Notes under the pieces: model-generated
Told to the model about the DNA's origin: nothing
What the model saw: only the letters and a program-made list of their open reading frames with translations
The model's database searches: none
Shown here: positions 55,597 to 64,000 of the stretch, in pieces
How the letters are laid out: every line of letters begins with the position of its first letter
Numbering within the stretch: the first letter of the stretch is position 1
Source: a virus
Lineage: Duplodnaviria; Caudoviricetes
DNA: 64,000 nt
Direction: 5' to 3' (one strand)
IMG/VR virus record: IMGVR_UViG_3300009678_000059
Location: 1 to 64,000 of that record
Made by a program: the position numbers and the translations under genes

Positions 55597-56090
55597 TATA
55601 AGTGTATTGTTACTGTTAATTCCAAATCGTCGATGTGGTCAACTTCAACGAATTCGTATGAGGTTTTTGGTATGATTCCCACGTTATCATCTGCCAAGAC
55701 TCCAGACAACACCAGGCTGTCATTTCCTGTTTTTACCCAAATGTCGCTCAGGTTATTCAAATCCCAATTACACACATAATCCTTCTTTGCCGGCTTCCAT
55801 GTTTTTACTCCGTTTCGTCTCTGTATGCTTCCGTGGTTGATTACCGTATGGAACCTGTACTCTATATGTTTTACCTTTTCAAGTTTCAGGTTCAGGTATT
55901 CTTCCGGTATAGAGTCGCTGAAAAACTTATGGAGATTATTCACTACAATTGCCCTTGCGAATGTGTTAAGCGATCCGTTGTAGATTGACTGCCCGTTTAT
56001 CTTAATATACTTGTTCGGGGCTTTTTTGTTGTCCGTTTTTGGTATATGTGTGATGAGGGGCATTGAGATTATGAGTGGATTTTTAGTCAT
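55596..56090 (-). CDS. RusA-like Holliday junction resolvase
   Basis: DLNNL...K..NDSL...GVLADDN resembles the RusA D-x-D-N...K...D...DD pattern. Confidence 0.6.
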   Translation of the reverse strand: MTKNPLIISMPLITHIPKTDNKKAPNKYIKINGQSIYNGSLNTFARAIVVNNLHKFFSDSIPEEYLNLKLEKVKHIEYRFHTVINHGSIQRRNGVKTWKPAKKDYVCNWDLNNLSDIWVKTGNDSLVLSGVLADDNVGIIPKTSYEFVEVDHIDDLELTVTIHL

Positions 56091-56686
56091 GCAGTTTCGG
56101 ATAGGTTTAAATGGTTATTTATTCTTTTTACTAAATCTAAAAACTGATTATATGACAGGTTTCTTTTAGCTTTGTTACAGTCTTCACAACATGGTAAGCA
56201 GTTTTCAACTAAATAACCAATAGAGCTATCTATCCTGTCTATTCCATTGCTTAAAAAAGACGCATCGTACTCTCTTTTTCTTTTCGCTCTATCTAACCTA
56301 CATTTATTAGGTTCTTGACCGCAATAGTGGCAATCAGAAAAAATAAGCGATTTAAAAGTTTCTTTTGTTAGTGAGAAATCCCAATCCTTGCTTTTTGCTC
56401 TACTTTTATAATTAGAATATGTAATGCTTATTTGCGCATCAGACATACTTAATGAAGTATACTCTTTATTCTGAATATTAGAACATTTTCTACATGATTT
56501 ACCAGATTTCCTTACATCCTTAAAATTTTCAATAGTACTCTCGTACTGGTTAGAGCAGTAATTACATTTAATTTCGTATAAATGCCTGCCGTTATCTAGG
56601 TATTTTAAAAACTTAACTATTTCTTGGTTAAATTTCACTAACCCTATTCTTGAATTAATATCTATTCTCTTTGGACTATTCCTCAT
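56087..56686 (-). CDS. HNH-like endonuclease
   Basis: CHYCG...NGIDRIDSSIGYLVENCLPCC.DCN.AK. Confidence 0.8.
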   Translation of the reverse strand: MRNSPKRIDINSRIGLVKFNQEIVKFLKYLDNGRHLYEIKCNYCSNQYESTIENFKDVRKSGKSCRKCSNIQNKEYTSLSMSDAQISITYSNYKSRAKSKDWDFSLTKETFKSLIFSDCHYCGQEPNKCRLDRAKRKREYDASFLSNGIDRIDSSIGYLVENCLPCCEDCNKAKRNLSYNQFLDLVKRINNHLNLSETA

Positions 56687-56749
56687 GTTCTTAAAATTTA
56701 GCGCAAGATAAGATATTAATTCAATTGAACAAGGCTTCTAAACTAACAT

Positions 56750-57436
56750 TTACATAAACATCCCGTTTCTCCAATCAATGTTGGAAAATACGTTTGGTAG
56801 CTCTTTCTCTAAAGCATCACCTACTAGATTAGCAAGTATCCTTATCTCTTTCTGGCTGTGAAAATCTAATCGTACATTCAGGAAAGCTAACCAGCTTCTA
56901 AGTGTTCCATTAAAATTAAGTGTAGTGGTTGTGCATCCTGGTAAAAACATTCGCATGCATTCTTTTGCTATGCCTTTGTCAATTCCTTTTCTGTAGTAAG
57001 CCTCTATTGTCTCTAACAGTTCTTTTCCCTCAGACACAAATTCTGACCATTCTAAGGTGTCGGCATCAAAGTCATTGTCCATGTAAAAGATAGTTCCGAC
57101 AGCTTCTGTACTACTCTGCCTGTTCGTAGGATGCTCCAGTCTTAACTCAATGTTTTCAAATAAAACACGATCTGAATACCTTTGAGAATGCTCCTGTGGG
57201 TTTATGCTTTTGTGCCGAATCCATTGCAATCCGATTGCCCTTGATGTCTCAACTTCAAAACCGAAGTTTATCATATCTAAAGGCGACCAATGATGCTCTT
57301 TCATCAGGTACTTTATAAGTTTGCCGTTGTCGTTCTTAATTACTCCGTGGCGAGCAATTGCGGATACTATTTCCTCAGAAGTCATGCCTTTGTATTTACC
57401 GACTCCCTCTGTTCTTGTTACTTGTTGCAGGTTCAT
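56750..57436 (-). CDS. thyX: Flavin-dependent thymidylate synthase
   Basis: HWSP, IRHKS..QEHSQRY, R.FLP, NGTLRSW..FL..R...HSQKEIR. Confidence 0.92.
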   Translation of the reverse strand: MNLQQVTRTEGVGKYKGMTSEEIVSAIARHGVIKNDNGKLIKYLMKEHHWSPLDMINFGFEVETSRAIGLQWIRHKSINPQEHSQRYSDRVLFENIELRLEHPTNRQSSTEAVGTIFYMDNDFDADTLEWSEFVSEGKELLETIEAYYRKGIDKGIAKECMRMFLPGCTTTTLNFNGTLRSWLAFLNVRLDFHSQKEIRILANLVGDALEKELPNVFSNIDWRNGMFM

Positions 57437-57883
57437 TTATTTTTCTTCTTTAGGTTTCCCTGTTATTTTACTTAGTTGATATTTTCTGCTGAGTTCTGGA
57501 TTATTTTCCAATTCTCCATTGTGATGCAGGCAGCAGGCTTTTAAGAAGCGTTTGTCTATCACAAGCGGTGTATTGTTATTTCGGGCTTCTTCGTCGTAGA
57601 AACCTATCCTTCCTGCCGTGTGTTCTATTGTATTGGCGACATTTGTACAGCCGTCGATGAAACATTTGAACTTTGCCTCGGTCAAGACTTCTATCCGTAC
57701 CGATTCGTAAATCTTGTTGATCTCTTTGCGTTTTTCAGACACCTTGTTGATTGGCTTTAGAGATTTCAGTTTCAGATTCGGAACATGGCCTTCCTTGAAA
57801 CATTCCTGAGAACACCACTTGTCGGTTGTTTTGAAGATTTTGAATTCCTTTGAGCAGTTTTTACATTTTTTGGTGTCCTTCAT
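57437..57883 (-). CDS. Zn-binding HNH/NinG-like protein
   Basis: CxxC, C...GC, EH..GR, CC..HN. Confidence 0.55.
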   Translation of the reverse strand: MKDTKKCKNCSKEFKIFKTTDKWCSQECFKEGHVPNLKLKSLKPINKVSEKRKEINKIYESVRIEVLTEAKFKCFIDGCTNVANTIEHTAGRIGFYDEEARNNNTPLVIDKRFLKACCLHHNGELENNPELSRKYQLSKITGKPKEEK

Positions 57884-57885
57884 AA

Positions 57886-58488
57886 TTAGTCAAGTCCGAA
57901 ATATAAGTCATTACTTAGCGTGTTTGTGTCCACATTTCTTAATGCTTCAATCATTTTTTGCTTGCTCTCTCTACATAGCCCAAAACCATAAGTTCTGTAT
58001 CTGTATGACCGTTCAAAACTAGATGCTGGATACATTAAATCGCCGTCTATTACTAATTTATTATTGGTTAAGTCCTCGAAAAATGTATCTACAAAAACAT
58101 TGTAGTATAGTATTCCTTGTTCATCTGTTTTCCTAGCGTAAGCAAACCTAGTTATTGAGAAATCAAACATTGAAATTATCTCAATAGCTGTTCCGTAGGT
58201 GTGCCTGATAAGCTCTATTCTTACGTTTGTTTTCTTGTTTTTAAACGAAACTGTGTTGTCGTTCTCGTAAGAAAAAATATAGTCTTCATTTGTTTCAAAA
58301 AAAACCTTAGCATTTAAAAAATCGTTTTCGTTTTCGAAAAACATATCTAAATCTTTTATTTTCTGATTTTTAAATATGTTCTTAAAACAACCCCCAGCTA
58401 TGAATCCAGCATGACCTTCCATGTAGTAGTCCAAGAACCTGACTTTATTGAAAGTTTCCTTTGGCTTTTCTTTAAACTCCATTGTCAA
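57886..58488 (-). CDS. Minimal nucleotidyltransferase (CCA/poly(A) polymerase head-like)
   Basis: FIAGGCF...KDLDMFF (GG + DxD) and FDFSITRFAY (RDFTINA-like). Confidence 0.7.
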   Translation of the reverse strand: MTMEFKEKPKETFNKVRFLDYYMEGHAGFIAGGCFKNIFKNQKIKDLDMFFENENDFLNAKVFFETNEDYIFSYENDNTVSFKNKKTNVRIELIRHTYGTAIEIISMFDFSITRFAYARKTDEQGILYYNVFVDTFFEDLTNNKLVIDGDLMYPASSFERSYRYRTYGFGLCRESKQKMIEALRNVDTNTLSNDLYFGLD

Positions 58489-58951
58489 TTCTTTTTAAAA
58501 TCATGGCTTTTTGAAGTAAGAAGTAAACCAGAATATCATTGAACTTTTCCTCAACAATTTTCTCAGTCGGCAGCTTTCCGTCTTCAATATCGTTTATGAT
58601 GTCGTTGTAGGAAATCAGGTGTTTAAGTAGGAATCCGTTTAGGACTCTTTCAGGAATCCTGCACGTCATATTTGCTCCTGCTTCGAAATTGTGATAAGGA
58701 TTGTTGTTTCTGCGGTATTCCTTTCCTTTGACTACCAAAAGTTCCCGTATTTCCGAAAGGGTACGGTTAACTACTGTGTCGAATCTTTCTTCTGATGTAG
58801 GCTGAACCACTTCGTCCATGAAATGAGGCTTTCTGTCTGCCTCGAAATATCGTTCAAGTATGTCTCCGTTAAGATGGTCTGTACTCGTTGTAGTAATAAA
58901 TTCCGGCTTGTTCACCTCGATGTTTTCCAGGTTTTTCTTTCTTCTTCCCAT
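58472..58951 (-). CDS. MazG-superfamily-like protein (DUF1599/nucleotide-modification-associated type)
   Basis: KGKEY...NFE...LLKHL.S..D...EKFNDILVYF helical pattern. Confidence 0.45.
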   Translation of the reverse strand: MGRRKKNLENIEVNKPEFITTTSTDHLNGDILERYFEADRKPHFMDEVVQPTSEERFDTVVNRTLSEIRELLVVKGKEYRRNNNPYHNFEAGANMTCRIPERVLNGFLLKHLISYNDIINDIEDGKLPTEKIVEEKFNDILVYFLLQKAMILKRIDNGV

Positions 58952-58955
58952 TGTT

Positions 58956-59606
58956 TTAGTTTTGATTAAGTTGATTCAGTACGTATTCGCTCCATTGTGC
59001 GGCTATTGCTTTTGCTATACCTTCAAAGGTCTTTGAGCGGAGTTTTGCCCTTTCCGGACCAGGTGGCAGGTAATGTAATCTCTGCGCTTCGTTTTTAGGT
59101 AAGCTTTTCCAGATTTCCTTTACATTGTCGGTTTCCTGTAATTTAGGAAGTCCTTTCAACCAGAAACAGGTGGCTTTGCTTTCGGCGTGACCGAACATGT
59201 ATGGCTGTATTAACTGACTGTATTTTTGCCCTATTATTTCTACTGCGTACTTATGAGGGATTGGATTTTCCACAGCTATAAAAGGAACCGGAGCATCAAG
59301 CAGGGCTTTGAAAAAAGAAGCTCCTTCCTGCAGATTTTCCCATCTTTCAGTGTTTTTACTGCCGTCGGTCTTGTTGTACAGCCAGCATACTCCGCTGTTG
59401 GTAAGGTATGTGCATGTTGGGTGAGCAATCATTAAATCCCATCCGTCATTCAATATCTTTAAAACATCTCCCTTTATGTGCCATTCCGGATGGCCGCCGC
59501 TGCAATCCTGAAGGTCACAACTGTAGGCTGTATGACCCAGTTCCCTAAAGGCTTTAGTTACCGCCTGGCTTTCCTCGCATGCAACTAAAATTCTTAATCT
59601 TTTCAT
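58956..59606 (-). CDS. DNA cytosine methyltransferase-like protein
   Basis: ILVACEESQAV...AYSCDL, IAHPTCTYL, VENP, IQPY.FGH..SKATCFWL, RSKTF.GIA.AIA.QW. Confidence 0.8.
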   Translation of the reverse strand: MKRLRILVACEESQAVTKAFRELGHTAYSCDLQDCSGGHPEWHIKGDVLKILNDGWDLMIAHPTCTYLTNSGVCWLYNKTDGSKNTERWENLQEGASFFKALLDAPVPFIAVENPIPHKYAVEIIGQKYSQLIQPYMFGHAESKATCFWLKGLPKLQETDNVKEIWKSLPKNEAQRLHYLPPGPERAKLRSKTFEGIAKAIAAQWSEYVLNQLNQN

Positions 59607-59610
59607 TTAT

Positions 59611-60039
59611 TTAATTTTGTTTTACAAGCACTGTTTCAAGGATGCCAAATCTACCGATTCTTTTAACGTATTTGTATCCTTCGGCAATCTTTTTTATTTC
59701 CATTTCCCTGTAGACTTCCTGGGCGGATTTTGCGTTTTCAAGTCTTTCTTTTTGGAGTTCAAACTTGGTGTTTGCTGTTGATTTAACTTCTTTTTTTATC
59801 ACTCTGATTGGTAGTTCTTTTGGTTTTTTTTCCTTTATGACTTTTGGCGGTTTTGGCTTTGGAACCGGTCCTGTCTTTGATGTTTTTGTGATTCCTGCCC
59901 GTTTGAGAATGTTGCGGACATGAGTGTAGCCCATGTTGTGTTTTGTACACAATGACCTGATCGACAGTTCTGATGAGAGGATGTCGGCGATAATTTCCGG
60001 AGTGGGAGTTATCGTGCTTGCGGAATATCCTTTCGGCAT
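59611..60039 (-). CDS. Basic HTH-like protein
   Basis: LSIRSLCTKHNMGYTHVRNIL HTH-like segment followed by a Lys/Pro linker. Confidence 0.6.
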   Translation of the reverse strand: MPKGYSASTITPTPEIIADILSSELSIRSLCTKHNMGYTHVRNILKRAGITKTSKTGPVPKPKPPKVIKEKKPKELPIRVIKKEVKSTANTKFELQKERLENAKSAQEVYREMEIKKIAEGYKYVKRIGRFGILETVLVKQN

Positions 60040-60159
60040 TTATAAAGCGTTTTCGTTTATGATTCCCCAAAGGCTGATGAGTCCGTTTGCCATCATGGTG
60101 AGTATGCCGAGGGATATTATCCAGGCGACTATCTCGATTGTTTTTCTATTTCTCTCCAT
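60040..60159 (-). CDS. Small membrane peptide (39 aa)
   Basis: Hand-translated MERNRKTIEIVAWIISLGILTMMANGLISLWGIINENAL. Confidence 0.45.
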   Translation of the reverse strand: MERNRKTIEIVAWIISLGILTMMANGLISLWGIINENAL

Positions 60160-60601
60160 TTTCGATAACTGTTCCGTCCATTAATACTACTGTTTCTGCG
60201 GTCATTAATTTGCTTGCGTCTTGATTTTCCATGGTTGTTTGGTTTTGGTTGTTTATGGTTAATTCGGTATTTGTCAATGCGAAATATAGGTTTTGAAGTT
60301 GGTGGACTTCAAATACCGTTGCGATACATATTATTACATCATTTACATAATATCTAAAAGCGTTATCATGTGTTGAGTAAGTATAATACCAATCAAAAAT
60401 ACTTGGTTTTATTTTAAACCTATGATGATCTATTTTATTAAACCCAAACTTCAAAAGCCATTCTTCTGTTAGCGGTATTGGTTTAATTTGATTGTGTTCT
60501 TCTCTGATTGCATAATTCAATGCTTCCCATCCTACCGTGTTTACATGTCCTTTTGTGTCATAAACATAATTTCCTAACCTTAATTCATTTGCTCTTACCA
60601 T
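60146..60601 (-). CDS. YopX-like phage protein
   Basis: ANELRLGNYV...IKPIPLTEEWLLKFGF...VHQLQNLYFALT. Confidence 0.7.
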   Translation of the reverse strand: MVRANELRLGNYVYDTKGHVNTVGWEALNYAIREEHNQIKPIPLTEEWLLKFGFNKIDHHRFKIKPSIFDWYYTYSTHDNAFRYYVNDVIICIATVFEVHQLQNLYFALTNTELTINNQNQTTMENQDASKLMTAETVVLMDGTVIENGEK

Positions 60602-60604
60602 GGT

Positions 60605-60820
60605 TTATCTTATTAAAATTGGTTGTCCCGGTTTGTAGTCTGAGTTGCTGTATATCCTGAGCTTGATTCCGTCCTGGTAGCAGTCGTAAAAAAACTTGTA
60701 GTAATAGTTTTTGCGTATCGTGTGTTTTTCGTGAACAATGATTATTCCGTCTGATATATTTCGGGTAGCACAGGATGTGAGTAAAACTGTAATAGCAATA
60801 AGTGTAAAAATTTTCTTCAT
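60605..60820 (-). CDS. Small lipoprotein
   Basis: MKKIFTLIAITVLLTSC lipobox. Confidence 0.7.
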   Translation of the reverse strand: MKKIFTLIAITVLLTSCATRNISDGIIIVHEKHTIRKNYYYKFFYDCYQDGIKLRIYSNSDYKPGQPILIR

Positions 60821-60834
60821 GGTTGGGTTTTGGT

Positions 60835-61065
60835 TTATTTAATATTTTCTAGTGGATAGGCGTTGAGGATTGATTGAGTAGTAGTAAAATCATCATCATA
60901 ACCCTCACCATAAACAACCTTTTCACTCGCTTGTTTTAATGCCTCTTGAGTATGAATAGATATAATATCTCTTATCTCATGAATGGTTACATTATTCCAT
61001 ATCTCTGAACTTGATATATCTCTTTTGCATCCGTTTTCCATTAAAAACTCCTCTATGGTTATCAT
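60835..61065 (-). CDS. Hypothetical protein
   Basis: H.QEALKQASE...SILNAYPLENIK pattern common in Flavobacteria phages. Confidence 0.7.
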   Translation of the reverse strand: MITIEEFLMENGCKRDISSSEIWNNVTIHEIRDIISIHTQEALKQASEKVVYGEGYDDDFTTTQSILNAYPLENIK

Positions 61066-61071
61066 AATTAT

Positions 61072-61347
61072 TTATTTTAGTCTTGTTATTATTTTTCCTG
61101 CTGTCCTGAAAGTTTTCTCAGGTATCAGTTGTTTCGATTTGTGGTATGCGACATCAAATGAGCGAATTACGAAGTAATCGACATCCATTCGCCACAGCTT
61201 CCTGATGAGCGATATTTTGTCCAACTCATCGCCTACTTCAAGTGTTTCTAATTCTGTCAGTACCTTGTTTACCAAAGTCACTTTTCGTGGTTTTTTGTCT
61301 TCCATTCTGGCGATTTTCTGCTGTACTGCGTAAAATTCTCTGTCCAT
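61072..61347 (-). CDS. Hypothetical protein
   Basis: 91 aa in the operon. Confidence 0.65.
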   Translation of the reverse strand: MDREFYAVQQKIARMEDKKPRKVTLVNKVLTELETLEVGDELDKISLIRKLWRMDVDYFVIRSFDVAYHKSKQLIPEKTFRTAGKIITRLK

Positions 61348-61367
61348 GGTTTTTGGTTTTGGGTTAT

Positions 61368-62207
61368 TTAATTAATAGCTTTTTTAAATGTTTCAAAGTC
61401 TTCCAAATGGTCTTTCAGGTATTCATTTACACACCTAGACCAGCATCTTTTTCTTACAATTTCAACAGGTTTTAGACTGGTTATCTTGGCGGTTAAATCC
61501 TGCAATATCTGCCTGCCTTCATGAAAACCCTTTATATTGGCTAATTCTCTTTGCTCGACAGCATATTTGTTTTTTTCCTCAGAGTAAATATCCTTTTTTC
61601 GCTCGTCGGTTATCGAAATCATTCCAAGAGCCTCCAGTCTTTTGAATTCCATCCAGGTGCTTGGTTCGTTACCTGCTTTTAAATCATCGTAAACGGACTT
61701 CAGGTATTCATTTCTTATTTTATCCTTGTCACCATCTGTTACCACGACTTCCTGTTTTGGAGCCGAAATGTTGTTGGCTTTTTTCTGGTTAATTTTCCAG
61801 TTTTTATACTTTTTCAAGATTTCAGAAACATATTGGCTGTCGAAAAGCTGAAAATGCTCTGTTTTGACGTCGTAGACACAGTTTCTTTCTAATTCGAAGG
61901 CTTTGTATATCTCCTCAATAGATAGGTCTTTAAAATAACCTAGAATCGTTTTCATTAAATCAGCTTTTACGTCGTAGCTGATTTCATCTTTGATTCCGGC
62001 TAATCTCGCAGCCTTGAAAAGCATTTCTCCGATTGTGTTTTTTAAATCTGAATCCTGCTGAAAATCCCTGACTTTTATAAAACCGTATGTTTTTTTTACA
62101 AATGATACATCTGAAATGTTGGATACATCACTAAACTTCAATATCCCCCCAGCCTGTTGCGTTTTTGTAAGCGACACTAATTGGCATCCTTCCGACTTTT
62201 GGTTCAT
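61368..62207 (-). CDS. Replication-associated protein (possible helicase loader or inhibitor)
   Basis: Directly downstream of the initiator; [12 protein letters not shown]...HFQLFD..YVSEIL..Y motif. Confidence 0.5.
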   Translation of the reverse strand: MNQKSEGCQLVSLTKTQQAGGILKFSDVSNISDVSFVKKTYGFIKVRDFQQDSDLKNTIGEMLFKAARLAGIKDEISYDVKADLMKTILGYFKDLSIEEIYKAFELERNCVYDVKTEHFQLFDSQYVSEILKKYKNWKINQKKANNISAPKQEVVVTDGDKDKIRNEYLKSVYDDLKAGNEPSTWMEFKRLEALGMISITDERKKDIYSEEKNKYAVEQRELANIKGFHEGRQILQDLTAKITSLKPVEIVRKRCWSRCVNEYLKDHLEDFETFKKAIN

Positions 62208-62856
62208 CTTTTAAATTTTTATTGTTATTGTTATCAGTTTCGTTTTTTAGCCAATTCCCAGCAGTTAGATATAAGGATTTGTAAGAAGTGTTCTTTTTAT
62301 AATTTTCAATTTTATCTAACACTGAATTAATTTGTTCAACAGGGTATTTTTCTTTTAATTTTTCAACTTCTTCAAAAGTGATTTTTAAATGGTCAAATTC
62401 CCTGTAAAAAATCTCAGCTTTATTTTTATTATTATCTTCTTTACATTCTTCTAATTCTTTACATTCTTTAATTGGTTTCACTTGCGTTTCACTTGCGTTT
62501 CGTTTGCGTTTCACTTGCGTTTCACTTGCGTTTCGCACATCCTGATAATCGTCGTATTTACAGATAGTTAACCGTGTCGTAACCGTTTCATTTTTTAACA
62601 GGACCATTTCGTCCTTTTGTAATAAATCTAAAAAACGCTTTGCTTTGCTTTTATTGGTGTTCCATCGTTTTGCCCAGGTATCCAAAGAGTACAGTTTTTC
62701 TCCTCGTTTACAGGTAAATAAAACACCTTTAATCAAGACCTTCTGCTCCTCATGATTGGCTTCTATTATAATATCTAACCACCATTTCAAATAGTCAGTG
62801 TTTTCCCAAATCCAATGATGAACTAACTGTCGGTGAACTTTGATCCAGCCGGACAT
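62131..62856 (-). CDS. Phage replication initiator (lambda O/replisome-organiser type)
   Basis: [15 protein letters not shown] wHTH N-terminus, internal tandem repeats, C-terminal KY.SLYLT..NWL domain. Confidence 0.8.
   Translation of the reverse strand: MSGWIKVHRQLVHHWIWENTDYLKWWLDIIIEANHEEQKVLIKGVLFTCKRGEKLYSLDTWAKRWNTNKSKAKRFLDLLQKDEMVLLKNETVTTRLTICKYDDYQDVRNASETQVKRKRNASETQVKPIKECKELEECKEDNNKNKAEIFYREFDHLKITFEEVEKLKEKYPVEQINSVLDKIENYKKNTSYKSLYLTAGNWLKNETDNNNNKNLKDEPKVGRMPISVAYKNATGWGDIEV
62476..62530. repeat. Five tandem 11-bp iterons inside the initiator gene (putative origin)
   Basis: TTTCACTTGCG x2, TTTCGTTTGCG, TTTCACTTGCG x2, with an adjacent AT-rich tract at ~62415-62475. Confidence 0.8.
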
Positions 62857-63107
62857 TATGATTCATATTCTAAGTATCCGATAAACTTTTTAAGATGCCT
62901 AACCAGTAATATGGCGGAGTGCTTGTCGAGGTGTACTTTTTTAGTGTCGAAAGGATTCTCGTTACCTTGTTTTTCGATTTCAATAAGCAGTTCGTTATTG
63001 TCAGCAAGGTGTACTTGTAATTCTGTATTTGTTTTTGAACTATATGTTGAGCAAAAAATTGTCTTTACATTTCCCATATTGTTGTTTGGTTTAAGGATTA
63101 CCAGCAA
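62856..63107 (-). CDS. Hypothetical protein
   Basis: 83 aa; [18 protein letters not shown] pattern. Confidence 0.65.
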   Translation of the reverse strand: MLVILKPNNNMGNVKTIFCSTYSSKTNTELQVHLADNNELLIEIEKQGNENPFDTKKVHLDKHSAILLVRHLKKFIGYLEYES

Positions 63108-63118
63108 CCGTTAATTAA

Positions 63119-63796
63119 TTAAAGTTTAATGATATTGTTGCCTCTTTTTTTGTAGTTCAGGATATTCTCGAAAGCAGTAAGATAATCTGTGGTTTTGGCG
63201 CATCTTGGAAGTCTCAGGATATTCTGCTGGATAACTTCAAGCTGTTTTGCAGATGCTTTTTTATGCAGGGAGATTACAGCTGAAATGAAATCCTTTGTCT
63301 TGTAGAACGAAATCTGATTCAGTGATAAGATGTATTCGGCGATTTCCTCGGCGTGTGCATACGGTTCAAAAACTTTCCCGCTGCGTAATGCAGATGATTT
63401 TAAAGCTGTTCCTGTAAAAATCGCGATGCTTGCAGAAGTTCCGAACTGATACTTTTCTTCAAATTTCAAAAGCCTTCTGTAGCAGTCAATGTTCTGATCC
63501 GAATAACTCTTGATGTAGTCAATAACTTTCCATTGGCTCTGGCTTGAATTAAGGGCCATTGTTTTGGCGATTACGTCACCGGTGATAACTTCGTAGCTGA
63601 TTGGTAAATCAAGGTTTCTAAGGGCTGTAAATCTGTGTTGACCGTCGATGATGTTGAAGAAGTTGTCTATTAAGATTGGTCTTCCTGGAATCACTCCCCA
63701 CTCTTTGATTGAAGCCTCTATTTTTTTTACTGTTGCAGGTGTGATAACTCTGTTTTCCTTTAGGAATTTAAACTTGTTGTACTCTTTGGTCTCCAT
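63119..63796 (-). CDS. ParB/Srx-like N-terminal domain protein
   Basis: NR.I....KKIEASI....PILID...IIDGQHRF.AL. Confidence 0.8.
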   Translation of the reverse strand: METKEYNKFKFLKENRVITPATVKKIEASIKEWGVIPGRPILIDNFFNIIDGQHRFTALRNLDLPISYEVITGDVIAKTMALNSSQSQWKVIDYIKSYSDQNIDCYRRLLKFEEKYQFGTSASIAIFTGTALKSSALRSGKVFEPYAHAEEIAEYILSLNQISFYKTKDFISAVISLHKKASAKQLEVIQQNILRLPRCAKTTDYLTAFENILNYKKRGNNIIKL

Positions 63797-63817
63797 GGTA
63801 TGTGTGTGTTTTGAATT

Positions 63818-63979
63818 TTAATTTGATAATTTTTCTATTGCTTCTATTTCTGATTTTTTCCATCTTCCATTTTCAAGTCTCGAAGTGAGTGTCCTGAAAT
63901 TCATTCCCAGCATTTCTGCAACTTTTAATCTTCCTTGTTTGCCTATAAGGATATAAACCTTGTCTTCTAATTCTTTCAT
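63818..63979 (-). CDS. Cro-like small HTH protein (53 aa)
   Basis: Hand-translated MKELEDKVYILIGKQGRLKVAEMLGMNFRTLTSRLENGRWKKSEIEAIEKLSN. Confidence 0.65.
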   Translation of the reverse strand: MKELEDKVYILIGKQGRLKVAEMLGMNFRTLTSRLENGRWKKSEIEAIEKLSN

Positions 63980-64000
63980 CGTGTATTTGTTTGTTGTGGT

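Noticed and set aside
2302-63114. Numerous antisense or alternate-frame ORFs in the track (e.g. 22221-22631, 30041-30475, 38187-38786, 39746-40666, 53429-53758, 59783-60070)
   Set aside because: They are shadows of well-supported genes, with no promoters, start context or motifs.
1-64000. Stop-codon reassignment (TAG or TGA read as sense, as in some crAss-like phages)
   Set aside because: Long genes are uninterrupted in code 11, and TAG ends several genes cleanly (2580, 4145, 22646, 33207, 43366, 46887).

Overview
A 64-kb segment of a Bacteroidota-infecting (probably Flavobacteriaceae) tailed phage. It uses genetic code 11, and almost every transcription unit has a host-type TAnnTTTG promoter. 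From left to right: (1) a leftward early operon starting with an ArdA-like anti-restriction gene, cut by the window edge; (2) a ~1.3-kb repeat-rich non-coding region that may hold the genome end or packaging start; (3) rightward accessory genes (HTH proteins, PhoH, an Acb2/Tad1-like protein, HU) with candidate small RNAs; (4) an inverted groEL-groES pair; (5) fibre genes and a lysis cassette (holin-like, GH19 endolysin, u-spanin-like); (6) a podovirus virion module resembling that of crAss-like phages (GroES-like, large terminase, portal, scaffold, major capsid, tail ring/muzzle, three putative ejected proteins, no virion RNA polymerase motif seen); (7) a leftward nucleotide-metabolism and replication arm (two C5-methyltransferase-like genes, MazG-like, RusA-like, ThyX, nucleotidyltransferase, lambdoid-type initiator with 5 x 11-bp iterons, ParB-like, Cro-like). 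Nine free-standing homing endonuclease genes are scattered through the window. The strongest unexplained signal is a five-copy RNA leader: promoter, hairpin with an 8-nt loop, A-rich linker, terminator-like hairpin with an 8-nt loop, U-tract, ATG. The two loops are perfectly complementary over 7 nt, and each copy uses a different 7-mer. Every copy heads a transcription unit containing an HNH endonuclease. Also notable are an HNH gene splitting a fibre gene at a conserved motif, a D-stemless tRNA-like element with G3.U70, an sRNA complementary to early-gene start regions, and an apparent TerS-TerL fusion. All family assignments come from motif recognition by eye; no database searches were run.
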